From assembly GCF_964213995.1 (NCBI RefSeq), contig NW_027590275.1, forward strand, positions 310,001-374,000: 64,000 nt of DNA. The letters run 5' to 3'. A program made the position numbers and the translations under genes. The first letter of the stretch is position 1; each line of letters begins with the position of its first letter. The notes beneath the pieces were generated by a model that had not been told where the DNA came from, searched no databases, and worked only from the letters and a program-made list of their open reading frames with translations. This document shows, one piece after another, positions 41,485 through 54,294 of the stretch. The stretch comes from Mustelus asterias. Taxonomy: Eukaryota.

Positions 41485-42950
41485 GTGTGGAATTCACACT
41501 CTATCTGTCCATCTCTGTTACTGTATGAGAATGTGGAGTTAACTCATTCCCGCTATCTGTCAATCTGTACATGAGAGCACGATTCACTCTGTCAGTCTCT
41601 GTTACTGTATCTCAGGGTGGAACGACAGTGAATTTCTTCCTGTCAGTTTATTTGAGGATGGATTAATTCTCTGATGTGTCAGCCTGTATTCGTGCAAGTG
41701 AGTGTGGAATTAAATTGATTCGCCAGTCTCAGTTCCTGTGTTTCAGTTTGCAATTACCTCTCTTGGGGCATCTTGACAAGTACATGAATGAGATGGGAAT
41801 AGAGGGATATGGTCCCCAGAAGCGTTGGGGGTTTTAGTTAAATCAGGCAGCATGGTTGGTGCAGGCTTGGAGGGCCGAAGGGCCTGTTCCTGTGCTATAA
41901 TTTTCTTTGTTCTCTGTCCTACCCTGGGGGTTGATTTGCTCAGTTGGCTGGACAGCGGGACCGTGATGCAGAGTAACCCCAACAGCGTGAGTTCATATTC
42001 CTGTACCAGCTGAGGATATTCATGAAAGGAGAGAGCAGCCTATGATCATCTGGGACTGTGCTGAATTTAGCCATTACCTTTCTGTCCATCTTTGTTAGCG
42101 TATGTGAATATAGAATTAATTCTGTATCTGTTATTCTGCATTACTGTATGTGAATGGGGCATTAACACTGTTCATCTCTGATTTGCACATGAAGCTGGAA
42201 TTAACTCTTCTCTATTCTTTATCCTTTACTGCAGTGTGGCATTAACACTCTGTCAATCTCTATTACTGTGTGTAGATGTGGAATTGACTCAATCAATTGA
42301 TAATAATGTCTGTGTCAGTGTCTGATAGTGTATGGAAGTGGGTCACTGTCAGCTTAGCAAACTGCAGCGAGTGGAGGCTGATTCCTGAGATGAAGGAGCT
42401 CTCTTATGAGGAAAAATTAAACAAGTCTGGCCAATTTTCAGTGGAGAAGAATGAGTGAGGATCGTACTAAAACATATAAGATTCTCAAGGGCTTGACAGT
42501 GTAGATGCTGACTGGGATGTTGCAATGTGTAGGGGGAAACTGGAACTAGAGGCACAGTTTAAAGATAAAGCATCTCCAATTTAAGATGGAGATTAGGAGG
42601 AATTACTTATTTTAAGGGAACCTTAATTTTTGTCATTGAATAGATTCAATCTTGAGTTAGACAGATTTTTGAGCTACAAGAGAATCAAGGGTTATGGGGA
42701 CAGGTACTGAAGTGGGGTGGAGGCCACAATCAGATCAGCCATGATCTTACTGAATGGCAGAACAGGCCTGATGGGCTGAATGGCCTTCTCCTGCTCCTTT
42801 TTCTTATGTTCTGGTAGTGTGTGTGTGGGACTAACTCTTTTTCTCAGTCTCTGTTACAGTTTTCAGTGTGGAATTAACTCAGTCTGATACTGCATATCAA
42901 TGTGGAATTGATTCTCTGTCCAACACTTATTGTATGTGAGTGTGCAATGT
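41485..42950. repeat. Ancient degenerate ~40-50 bp tandem repeat interrupted by TEs
   Basis: Recurring GTGTGGAATTAAC.CT...TCTCTGTTACTG in 41485-41740, 42080-42330 and 42815-42950. Confidence 0.55.
41922..42075 (+). mobile_element. tRNA-derived SINE fragment, third family
   Basis: GCTCAGTTGG A box, degenerate B box, GGAGAGAGCAGCCTATG tail. Confidence 0.5.
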
Positions 42951-44149
42951 TTCTTTAACTGTACAAGACACAGTTAATGATCTTTGATCAGAAGTGTTTT
43001 GACCCTACTGCTCTCAAATTTACTCAGAATTAAACCCATCACTTTCTCCTGCTTCTACAGACCAAAGTCACCCAAAGAAAAACATACCTTCACAGAAACT
43101 GAGGGGTCAAATTCCAAAACCAACATCCAGCTTGATTCAAAATCGCTCTTAATTTGTCTATTTCAGGCCTCAGTTTTCTGAGCAACAGCTGCAATAATTC
43201 ACAGGTGAAATCATGTGGACGCTGGACATCTGAAACAAGGTGAAAATTCTGGAATACACAACAGGTCAGGCAGCATCTGTGGAGAGAGAAACAGAGTTCA
43301 TGTTTCAGCTCACTGACAATCAGCCTACATAAACTACTTGCTGATATCTGCTCATGGCGGCCGCAGTTCCCACATGAGGAGGTAATGGTGTAGTGGTATT
43401 GTCACTGGACTTGTGACCCAGAGGTCCAGTGCAATTCAATGGGACCTGATTATCACCTCAGCACAGTGTGCAATTTGAGCTCAATTAAAATCTGGAATTA
43501 AAGGTCTAATGATGGCCATGTTGTAAAAACCCATTTGGTTCACTGATACCCCTTTAGGAAAGGAAACCCACCCACATTACCTGTTCTGGCCGACCTGTGA
43601 CTCCAGACCCACAGTATGTTTTTGACTCTTTAATGCCCTCTGAAATGGCCTAACAAGCCACTCAGTTCAAGGGAAATTAGTGCAATAAATGCTGGCCAAG
43701 CCAGTTATGAACACATCACATGAATGAAAACAATTATCTGCGCCCCAGAAAGCGCTCTATCCAACACACTGACTTGCCCAGGCACTGAGAATGGGCACGC
43801 TCCCCAGGGGCAGCTGCAGGACAATCGGTGCAGGAACTTTCCTCACTGCCACTTGTCTCCCATTCCACCAAGCTGCCTGTGTCCTTTTGAAGTTTCCCAC
43901 TTTCCTCCTCACAGTTGCCAATGCCTCCAAGTTTGGTGGCGTGTGGAAATGTTGAGCTTGTGTCCTGTACACCAAGGTGTTTGTTTGTTTGTTTGTTCTT
44001 TGTGTGTGTCATTAATATATATCAGGAAGAGCAGGGCTCCTAACACCGAGCCCTGGGGAACTCCACTGGAAACCTTCCTCCAGTCTGAGAAACAACCATT
44101 AACCACTGCTCTCTGTTTCCTCTCACTCACACTGTTCCATATGGGGCGG

Positions 44150-44400
44150 TGAGGGTGGCCTCGCTGCACCATCCGCTTCATGGTGCCGCTCCCTCGCCGC
44201 ACATCCGCCGGACCCGGGCGCCTCGGCTCCGACCTCTGACTCGGTATTACTGCCGCTGCGCGCGACCCCGCTGAACTTCCGGGAACAGCACCGCGCATGC
44301 TCCGCGCAGACATTCGGTTTCCGAGGACGCGGCCGAACGGCAGCTGCGCCGTGCGGACCATTCTGAATGAGATCGACCATATTCACCCGCGCGCTGCATC
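44150..44400 (-). promoter_or_regulatory. Small CpG island / candidate Pol II promoter and first exon
   Basis: Dense CpG; ETS-like ACTTCCGGG; NRF1-like GCGCATGC; Kozak-like GCACCATG at 44181; donor GTGAGT at 44130. Confidence 0.5.
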
Positions 44401-44412
44401 CTGGGTTAGTTA

Positions 44413-44592
44413 TGGTGTTGAAATGCCGGCGTTGGACTGGGGTAAATACAGTAAGAGTTTTAGCAACACCAGGTTAAAGTCCAACAGGTTTATTTGGTAG
44501 CAAATGCCATTAGCTTTCGGAGCGCTGAAAGCTAATGGCATTTGCTGCCAAATAAACCTGTTGAACTCTAACCTGGTTTTAATTAAACTCTT
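44413..44592. mobile_element. Miniature fold-back Penelope derivative with 13-bp TSD
   Basis: Inverted arms centred near 44522; TSD CCTGGGTTAGTTA at 44400-44412 and 44593-44605. Confidence 0.85.
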
Positions 44593-46285
44593 CCTGGGTT
44601 AGTTACACAGGCCACCATTACATTGAATAAAACAGCACAAGGAATTAAATTTAAACCCATCAGCATTCCGAAAGAGATTTCCTCTCCCTTTAGTGTAATA
44701 CTTCCTCTTATCTAAAGTACAGCCTCAAAATGTATTCCTATCCTTATTTGTCCAATGACATTTTGAATTTACTTTTCATTCTAATTGGCTTCGATTACAG
44801 GCATCATATTCAAGATCACAGCAATTTGCTGCCCAATAGAACGACAAATGTGTTCCCTGACGGTTTTCTTTGTTCTTTTATATCATTCACAACGAACCCG
44901 TGCCATTGTTTCACAGAAACATTTTCTTTCAATTTACTCCATTGAAACTGATCACGATTTTACTCACCTCTCTGAAAACTCCTCTCAACCTTAGTACTGA
45001 CTTCAAACGGTATGAATGCAGGCAGTATGAATTTAGTTTCGAAGTTCTGTAATTACATAACAAGTGAGCTGCTGCAGAGACAAACAGTTAATAGCAAATA
45101 TTTCAGATCAACATCTGCCCATCAGAACTGGTTGAAGTTAGAAATGTAATACATTACAGGCAAATGGAGAGGAGAGGGGCTCATGTGAAAAAGAACGAAA
45201 TGGAATATCTGTGACATGCACACATGCATTAAATAATAAGAATTAGTTACACAATGAAAGGGATAATCACCAGATACATAAAGTAAGAAAAATCTGAATG
45301 GAGGAGAGGTGCTCTGAACACCAGGAAAGACCCAGGACAGAATGATCCACGTGAGAGTGAGATGCAGAATGAAAATGGCAGGTGACTAGAAACTGTTATC
45401 AGAAATTCAATCATCATTGTGAACTAATTGGAAATGTTCCAAGTGTGGGACATGGGAGCGACACACTTGAGAACCCTGCCAGCCACAGAGCAGTGAGAGG
45501 ATTGGTTGAGGAAAGGGAAGAAATATCAGAAGTTCCCGAATGGAAGGCCGCATTACCTTTCCTCACAGTTCAGTGTCTATATGCAGGAGAATTAGCTTTT
45601 GCAACATTATATTTTTTCTAAAATTTCACTGCTAATGATGTGCTCTGCATTGGTAGATTGAATGACTGCTTTGTGGAACATCTCCCATCAGTCCAGAAGC
45701 ATGACTCAGATCCAATCCTGAACGAGAATCCCAAACCTAAATAAAGTAAACTAGGAAGTTATGAGAGGTGAGTTTGCTAAAATAGATTACAGATCAATAG
45801 ATTCATAAAATGGCATAACGGTCGATAGGCAATGGCTAATATTTAATGTTTAATATTTAAGGCATAGTTGTATGTAATGAAAGAGTTATACATTCCTTTC
45901 CGGCACGTAAACATAACTGGAAAGTGCCCCAATCATGGCTAACAAAATAAATTAAGTAGTATTGGATCCAAAGAAGAATATGAGATTATAAAAGCGTGGA
46001 GCATCAGTAGGCCATTTGTCAGCTCGAGCCTGCACCGCCATTCAATAAGATCATGGCTGATCTTTTCATGAACACTACACAAATGATCAGTCGGTCCATT
46101 CTCCTTTGCCTGTGCCTCCTGTCAGTCTCTTGCTGCTTTTATGTGTGTTCCATTCTTGGTGTATTAAACATGGAATTGTGCCGCCAGGCGGAGCTGCCTC
46201 ATTTTCTGACATTAAACAGCAATGCAACAGTGACATTTTGTCCTACTACAGCTCAACAATAATAAGCAGGAAGCTGTTAGGTAAT

Positions 46286-46357
46286 AGCAGAGTGGCGCAG
46301 CGGAAGCGTGCTGCGCCCATAACCCAGAGGTCGATGGATCAAAACCATTTTCTGCTA
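46286..46357 (+). tRNA. Initiator tRNA-Met(CAT), probably non-functional copy
   Basis: Four substitutions from the vertebrate iMet sequence as recalled; TTTT terminator at 46364. Confidence 0.8.
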
Positions 46358-47532
46358 TTCACCTTTTCAGGAGCAGTTTGAAAGAAAAACATTTTGCAGT
46401 TCCCCACAAGTGTCTCTTCTATTTCTTTGCAGGAAACAGTTATTTTCATCAATTCTCGCTTGCAATAAACAATTTGATCTGCAACAAGCTCACTGCTGTA
46501 AATGCTACAAACAGCTTTCCCACTTTCCTCAGGGCAGTTCTGACAGTCAAATGACCTTTAAATCACAGAATCCCTACAGTGCTGAAGGAGACTATTTGGC
46601 CCATTGAAACTGCACTGACTCTCCGACAGAGCATCCCATCCATGTCCTATTGCCAGAATCCCACGCACCCACCCCGCTAATCTACCTGACCTTCACTTTT
46701 TGCCACACAAAGGGCAATCTAGAATGACCAATCCACCCAACCTGCACATCTTTGGACTGTGGAAGGAAGCCGGAGTACCCGGTTTCCAGATGTAACTTGC
46801 CTGGGTGAATGCAGCTCCAACAACACTAGAAGTTTGACACTATCCAGTACAAAGCATCTGACTTAATTCGTTTCCCATCCACAAAGAGTCACTCCCTGCA
46901 CCAAAAGTTAAAGTTAAAGTGTATTTATTAGTCACAATAAGGCTTATGTTACCATTGACAGACAGGGTCAGCAGTGCACACCATCTACAAGATGCATTGC
47001 CAGAATTCACAAAGGTTTATTTGACAGAACCTTCCAAACCCACCATGACTATAGCCGAGAAGGAAAAGGAAAAGCAGATGCATCAGAACAACATCACCTG
47101 GAAATCTCCCTCCAAGCCACTCATCATCAGGGCTTGGAAATATATCGCCGTTCCTTCAGTGTCAGTAGGTCAGAGTCCAGGAACTTCCCACTCCCCAACA
47201 TCCCCCCCCCAAAAAAAAACGCACTATGGGTGTACCTCTATGGCATTGTCAGCAGCAGTTGAAGATTGCAGCTCAGCACCGCCTACCCCAGGGCAATTAT
47301 GAGTGGCAATAAATCCTGGCCGAGCCAGTGATGCCCTCATCCCATGAATGGATAAAGTAAAAAAAAAACAACTGATCAAAAAGGTTCCTCCTCACCTCTG
47401 CCTTAAAGGGCAGGTCACATCTTTCAAAAAAAATTCTGCTCTTCTGGTCACATTTTCAGTGTAATTCTGAGCACAATCAGGATTATTTAGTATGTGTTGC
47501 CCCATTGCAGAATCACATTGTGCAGCAGCGAC

Positions 47533-47729
47533 CAAAAGAGAAAATGCTGGAGAATCTCAGTAGGTCTGGCAGCATCTGTAAGGAGAGAAAAGAGCTGACG
47601 TTTCGAGTCCAGACGACCCTTTGTCGAAGACCTTTGTCATCTTACAGATGCTGCCAGACCTGCTGAGATTTTCCAGAATTTTCTCTTTTGATTGCAGATT
47701 CCAGCATCCACAGTAATTTGCTTTTATTT
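47533..47729. mobile_element. Short fold-back Penelope-derived element (second family)
   Basis: Inverted arms CAAAAGAGAAAAT...GCATCTGTAAG / CTTACAGATGC...TTCTCTTTTG plus 3' tail. Confidence 0.65.
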
Positions 47730-49321
47730 GTGCAATAGAGACCTGCCTGGTGATGTGTATGGTCGGAATTGTCATCATGATCCACCATATCCCCGTAGGT
47801 ATGGGCTGCCCAAGACACACAATCAGTGTTGGAATCAATTCACATGTTTCAGTATCTGGTTCCATTCTGTATCTGAATTTGTCTGGTGTTATTTCTGAAG
47901 GTGCCAGTTATATATATCTGGCAGACACTTATAAAGTGTGTGAGTGTTGGATCATTCTAGACCTGTCAATGGCCTCTATATCTGTGAGCATTTTATATAA
48001 GTGTGGCAAACATCAGTAATTTTAAATCCCCTGCTGCTGCTTATGGAATATATGCTTTAATTCCCTGGTGCTGTTTGCAGAACATCAGCTTCATGCTGTT
48101 CCTGTCAGTGGAATTAATCATGTATGTAAATCTATGGTGCTGTTTAAAATTGTGTGTCTCATTTGGGATTTTTCACTCACGTCTCTCTCTGTCTAATCTT
48201 CCATTTGTTTCCGTTACTCTGTGTGAGCCTTTGGTTGTTTCCAAATCCCTCAGTGATACAATTGGTGTGTGTGTGATTTATTTCATATCACTCAGACTCA
48301 GCTCCTGTGAGTGAGTGCAGTAAACAGCCTGTACTTTTCAGCTGTTGATGCTGAACATGCGATTCAGAACTATTCTCGTATTTATCAGTCTTTGGTATTT
48401 TGTGTGAATATGGGATTAATTAAATAACCTTCAATCTCTGGGACAAGTTCTCTATTTGGATTAATTCCAAATAAATTTCCAACACAGAAATAGGCCACTG
48501 ATGCAGTAGGTTTGAAGCAAATAATGTGTGAGTTTATGCCCAGCAATAAATCTGTTACTGTAAACACAATTGTGAAAGATAATGTATCCTTCAATCTGAT
48601 ACTAGATTGCTATGCAAGTTTCACTCAGGTTGTTCACATTGATTTGATCTGTGACAGTCTGATTCTGAGTAAGAATTTTGACATGTGTAAAATGGAGCTC
48701 AGTCTGGAATTGGTACAGTGTCTTCCATCTGGCTCAGTCTGAGTGAGGATTAGTTTATAATTTATGGTTCAGTTCATAGTCATCAAACTGATATTGTAAC
48801 TTTTAGTTTCATAATCTGGGTGAGTTTTCAACTGGAACCTGAGTTTGTATCTCAGGTTATACTCGCTTTCAGAATATCTCAATCTGAGATTGTCTTTCAG
48901 ATTTGTATCTAATGTATTTGTGAGAACTCGCCATGGCGATTAGTACTGCCAGTTCCAAACCCCTGATGTGGGTGATGTGACTGGTATTTAACTAGAATCT
49001 CAAAGTACATTATTAAGGTTAATTGTGTAACATTTAACCAAAAAAGCATTTTACGGTTTTATCAGATACTGAATTTGGAGCTAAGGCTGCTCTATTGTGG
49101 GATTGACACAGTGATGATCTGATAATGGTTTGGACTGGGATTTATGGATCACCCTGTCAGCGGTATTGAGATTGATTTGATTTCTTATTGTGACAAGAAA
49201 TAATTACTATGCTGTGAAAACTCTGGTTTCTTGCGCATTTTACAGACCGAGCATACCGTTCGCAGAGTATATAGGGGAGAAGGAAAGGAGAGGGTGCAGA
49301 ATGTAGTGTTAAAAATCCTTC

Positions 49322-49404
49322 TACCAGGAGTGGGGTTCGAACCCACGCGGACATATGTCCGTTGGATCTTAAGTCCAACGCCTTTAGCACTCGGCCATCC
49401 TGGT
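49322..49404 (-). tRNA. tRNA-Leu(TAA)
   Basis: ACCAGGATGGCCGAGTGCTAAAGGCGTTGGACTTAAGATCCAACGG...GGTTCGAACCCCACTCCTGGTA followed by TTTTT; D-loop GG changed to GC. Confidence 0.85.
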
Positions 49405-50658
49405 ACGAAAACTAGACGTGATAGGGACACAGCGTCTGCCATTCCTGCTGTTTGATTGCTGGATTAAAAACGTGCCTCTGGAATCATTTCTGTTCTCGGA
49501 GACTGTGGAATTGTGAGAAGAAGCTGGGACATTCTTCCCTGTAACTCCTGTGGAGGAAATATCTGGTTTCTTCAAATATTTATCTGTGGAAACAAAGTAC
49601 ATCTAATATCTCAAATACAGATTCCGTCAGTTTAATCTCTATTAATAATCATTGTGAGCGGTTTGCGAGGCTGCAGCCAGACTCGAGCTCTGATTGGACA
49701 CTCCCATGTCAATCCAATTCTTCACCAATCGGAGAGCAAGGGAGAAGAAATGGGAGGTTTTGTTTGGTTCACATTTTCAAATTGGAATAACCCGCCAATT
49801 TCAGTGCAGGAAAAATACAAAATAACGGAACGCCTGAATGTTCAGGAAACTATTTCAATCTCACGCTTTATAATTTGTTTATTGTATTTTCCCTCACAGA
49901 ATCTTGGCGTTATTTTAGGAACAGTTTGAACTTTTCAATCTCTTATCTGTAACCGGCGGTAATCAGACCCCGTTCAGCAATTTAAAACGGAGCAAATCTC
50001 AGCTCAGTGGAAAAGCAGAAACATAGAGATCACCAACCAACCCCTTCACACAGGCTTCACAGGGACAGAGGGAAACGGCTGATTTCTGATCCTCTCCCCT
50101 GAAAGCTGTCGGGAATGTTCCAATGGAAGGTGTGGAGAGAATTCCTGACTCAATCCCGCCGGTGGAACAGGCAGCTTTGTGCCCGGAGAATAGGGAGCGC
50201 CGGGGGGAGGCAGATCTTAAAGCGCTGCAATGAACTCAGGTCCTGTGTGTGCACAGATCTCGCTGATTCCGTCCTCTGGGAAAACTGCGGAATAAACAGA
50301 TCAGCCCGAGAATAACCTCTTCATTCCCGCCTTTATTCTGTTCCGGGAGCGGTGCCCAGATAACTCGAGTGAAAAAAAAACCTTATTCTGAAACTGAATA
50401 TAGTTATCATTAAATGTAAATAATTACATCCTGATATTGTGCTGGGCCTCATTGTCCGTCACAAATCCCAGACTGGGGTTTAAAATCTGCTCTCAGTTCA
50501 GTTTGATTGTTCCTTCAATCTGAGTGTGCGTGTGAGGGGCGGATATGACGTCCCATTCACAGCATTCCGGAACGGGACAAATCTCTATCCTTCAGAAAGA
50601 GATTTCTCATTAACTCAATAAGGGAAAAGATGGCGCAGATTTTTCAGAGATTGTGGCT

Positions 50659-50674
50659 GGCTCTTAAAAGAGCC
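50659..50674 (-). pseudogene. Orphan histone stem-loop (H2B-type 3' end) without CDS
   Basis: Perfect GGCTCTTTTAAGAGCC with flanks resembling the H2B 3' end at 2301-2355. Confidence 0.75.
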
Positions 50675-50861
50675 GTTGAGTTTGAGGTGTTTTTCAGCCA
50701 TCAATCTTTGATGCTGTTTCTCACTCTGGGGCAATTGTGTACCTGTATTTAAATAATTACCTCAGACATGGTGCTGGAAATGATATTTCTAACATATGTA
50801 AAATGTTCTCCAATAAATAGCATAAATTTACATGCATTAAAACACCTGGGTCAATAATGTG

Positions 50862-50941
50862 GTAAGAAGTCTCACAACACCAGGTTAAAGTGAGACTTCT
50901 TACTGTGTTCACCCCAGTCCAACGCCGGCATCTCCACATCA
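50862..50941. mobile_element. 80-bp fold-back Penelope terminal remnant with 11-bp TSD
   Basis: GTAAGAAGTCTCAC...GTGAGACTTCTTAC plus tail; TSD TCAATAATGTG at 50851-50861 and 50942-50952. Confidence 0.85.
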
Positions 50942-51109
50942 TCAATAATGTGCACAGGGCGAACTACGGATTGATAAAGCAAAGCGAGAAACAGCTCTAC
51001 TGTGAATAGCAGTGCAGTGTCTCTGACGGTTAAACAGATCACCCTTTTACAGATAAAATGAGTGGCTCTGAAAAGAGCCTTTGGGTTATCAGATTAAAGA
51101 ATGGCCGCT

Positions 51110-51559
<450 letters not shown>

Positions 51560-52824
51560 TTATAGCTCCGGGAGGAATGGAGGTGTGGACATTGCTGATT
51601 GGTCACTTTGTTGCTGCCTCTCAGCATCTTGTTCATATGACCAATCAGAAATCTGCTTAACTCACCAATCCGGAGAGCCCACGGAGTGAGGGCGGAAAAT
51701 AACGGCGCCAAAATCTCAGATTCCAACCGATTTCATTTCAAACTGTAAAAGCCGCCAAAGCGGAAAGAACAAGAGTTTCGGAAATTATTCTAATCGGTAA
51801 TGGTGAATTCATTTTGAGTAATGTAAGAATCTCCCTTTCTCTCTTCCCCAGTCTATAGTTAACCTGTATCTGGCAGTCTCTGATTTTCAGTCTGGGTTTA
51901 TCTGAAAACAAGCCGAAAATAAATTATTCAAATTTGGAAACTTCGCAGATATATTTCTCAAACAAGAAATACGGTTAATAACAAATCCCATCAATAATTA
52001 ACTATCTATCAACAACGTTTTTAAAACATCAGTCTATGTTTGCACAATTTCACGTTTTATCCCAAGTTGCAGATTTGCTTTTCGAATGCGGGATACATTC
52101 GGGGTTAATCTCTTTCTTTTTCAAACTCTCGAACCAGCCGCCAGAAAGTTTCATTGACATCGTTCTGCAAACGGACGGGCTGTTCTCCATCTTCGTCGAG
52201 ACTGAGGGTTCCTGCACAACCGGGGCTTATCGGGAATAAACTGATCGGTCATTGAGACCAAACTGGAAACTGAGGAGTTTGCACTTTTTCCCCCCGATTC
52301 CGCGTGGTTTTCCTGCGGGCACTCCGCTTTCTTCCCACAGCCCAAAGGTATGCGGGTTGGGTGGATTGGCTATGCTAAATTGCCCCAGTATGAGGGGGAT
52401 TAACAGGGTAAATATTTAGGGTTACGAGGATGGGTGAGGGATTGTTGTCGGTGCAAACTCGATGGGCCAAATGGCCCCCTGTACTGCAGGGATTCGATGA
52501 TTCTGACACATTTGCTCCATTACCTCGCTCTCTCTCTAAAGCCTGGAAAAGGGACCGAATATCAACGCGTCTGAGATCTAAACCCAGAGAGGGTGAGGAA
52601 CCAGTTAATTAATTTTAAATATTACTCAGACCCAATGATCCACGGGGCGATTGACTCCGTGTCTATCATTGATAACCAGAAAAACAACAATTATCATTGT
52701 TCGAGACGCTGCGTCGTAAAATAATAATTGAAACTAAATGGATGATACAGCCTTTTCCCAGGGATTGTGGGTGGCTCTTAAAACAGCCGTTGTGTTTGGG
52801 TGCTTTTCAGTCCATTGGGGAGTT

Positions 52825-53202
52825 TTACTTGGAGCTGGTGTACTTGGTCACCGCCTTTGTCCCTTCCGACACGGCGTGCTTGGCCAGTTCCCCGGGCAGC
52901 AGCAGGCGCACGGCGGTCTGGATCTCCCGGGAGCTGATGGTGCTGCGCTTGTTGTAATGGGCCAGGCGGGAAGCCTCACGCGCGATGCGCTCGAAAATAT
53001 CGTTCACGAACGAGTTCATGATGCTCATGGCCTTGGAGGAGATGCCGGTGTCAGGGTGAACCTGCTTCATCACTTTGTAGACGTAGATGGAGTAACTCTC
53101 CTTCCTGGATCTTTTCCTCTTCTTGCCGCCCTTTGCTGGCAGCTTTTTCTGCGTTTTTTTAGCGCCCTTCTTGGCAACCGGCGCTTTCTTCTCATCCACC
53201 AT
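52825..53202 (-). CDS. H2B: Histone H2B, 125 aa, intact ORF but probably impaired
   Basis: H2B fold with G75R; stem-loop mismatch GGCTGTTTTAAGAGCC at 52773-52788; promoter interrupted. Confidence 0.9.
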   Translation of the reverse strand: MVDEKKAPVAKKGAKKTQKKLPAKGGKKRKRSRKESYSIYVYKVMKQVHPDTGISSKAMSIMNSFVNDIFERIAREASRLAHYNKRSTISSREIQTAVRLLLPGELAKHAVSEGTKAVTKYTSSK

Positions 53203-53365
53203 TGTCACAGTTAATTTCAGACACAGAATCACTGAGTCGCGCTCGGAACTCCTCTTTTAAAGCCTGGAAAAGGGACCGAATATCAACGCTTCTGAGATCT
53301 AAACCCAGAGAGGGTGAGGAACCAGTTAATTAATTTTAAATATTACTCAGACCCAATGATCCACG

Positions 53366-53703
53366 GGGCGGCACGGTAGCACAGTGGTTAGCACTGCTGC
53401 TTCACAGCTCCAGGGTCCCGGGTTCGATTCCCGGCTCGGGTCACTGTCTGTGTGGAGTTTGCACATTCTCCTCGTGTCTGCGTGGGTTTCCTCCGGGTGC
53501 TCCGGTTTCCTCCCACAGTCCAAAGATGTGCGGGTTAGGTTGATTGGCCAGGTTAAAAATTGCCCCTTAGAGTCCTGGGATGCATAGGTTAGAGGGATTA
53601 GCGGGTAAATATGTGGGGGTAGGGCCTGGGTGGGATTGTGGTCGGTGCAGACTCGATGGGCCGAATGGCCTCCTTCTGCACTGTAGGGTTTCTATGTTTC
53701 TAT
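53366..53703 (+). mobile_element. Full-length young HE1-type V-SINE
   Basis: GGGCGGCACGGTAGCACAGTGG head to (TTTCTATG)n tail; almost identical to 58137-58474. Confidence 0.95.
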
Positions 53704-54294
53704 AGACCAAAGCAGAGGCCTATGCTAATGAAGCATGGCTGAAAGCCCTGTTCCTCATTGGCTCATTCACAGTGATGTCAATTCGTGATGCTGTCTCTGA
53801 TTGGTTAGTTTAGACACCCAAACACATTGGTTGCTGCACAAATCCACAAACTGTCTGTTGTCAATCCGTCCTTTCCCCTTGTCCGCCCCGATCCACCCAA
53901 CCCCCTGACCCTCTCACTCCCTCTCCCGCACCAGCGCATTCTCTCTGCTGCTAATCCCACATCACTCTATCAGACTGCTGATACTGTTCATACATTTCCC
54001 CTTCCTCACCAGCACCAACTGCTCTGCTTTACTTCCGCCCATCACCGGGAGCTGGCAGTGCAGAATATCTGGGCTCAGACAGGGGTTAATGCGAGCTCTG
54101 CTGTGCGTGTTAAAAGGGAATATGTTTGATAAGCAGCAGCCACAAGTCCCACATGTGACACTAACATTGTGGCTAAAACAGAAAAGTGACTGAAAGAAGG
54201 ACTGGAATGAGAGTTGGACATTACTGGCTGCAAGGTGTTCAGGGACGATTAGTCAAACAATCCCGGAGGGTGATTTACTGTTCAAAGCAACTAT

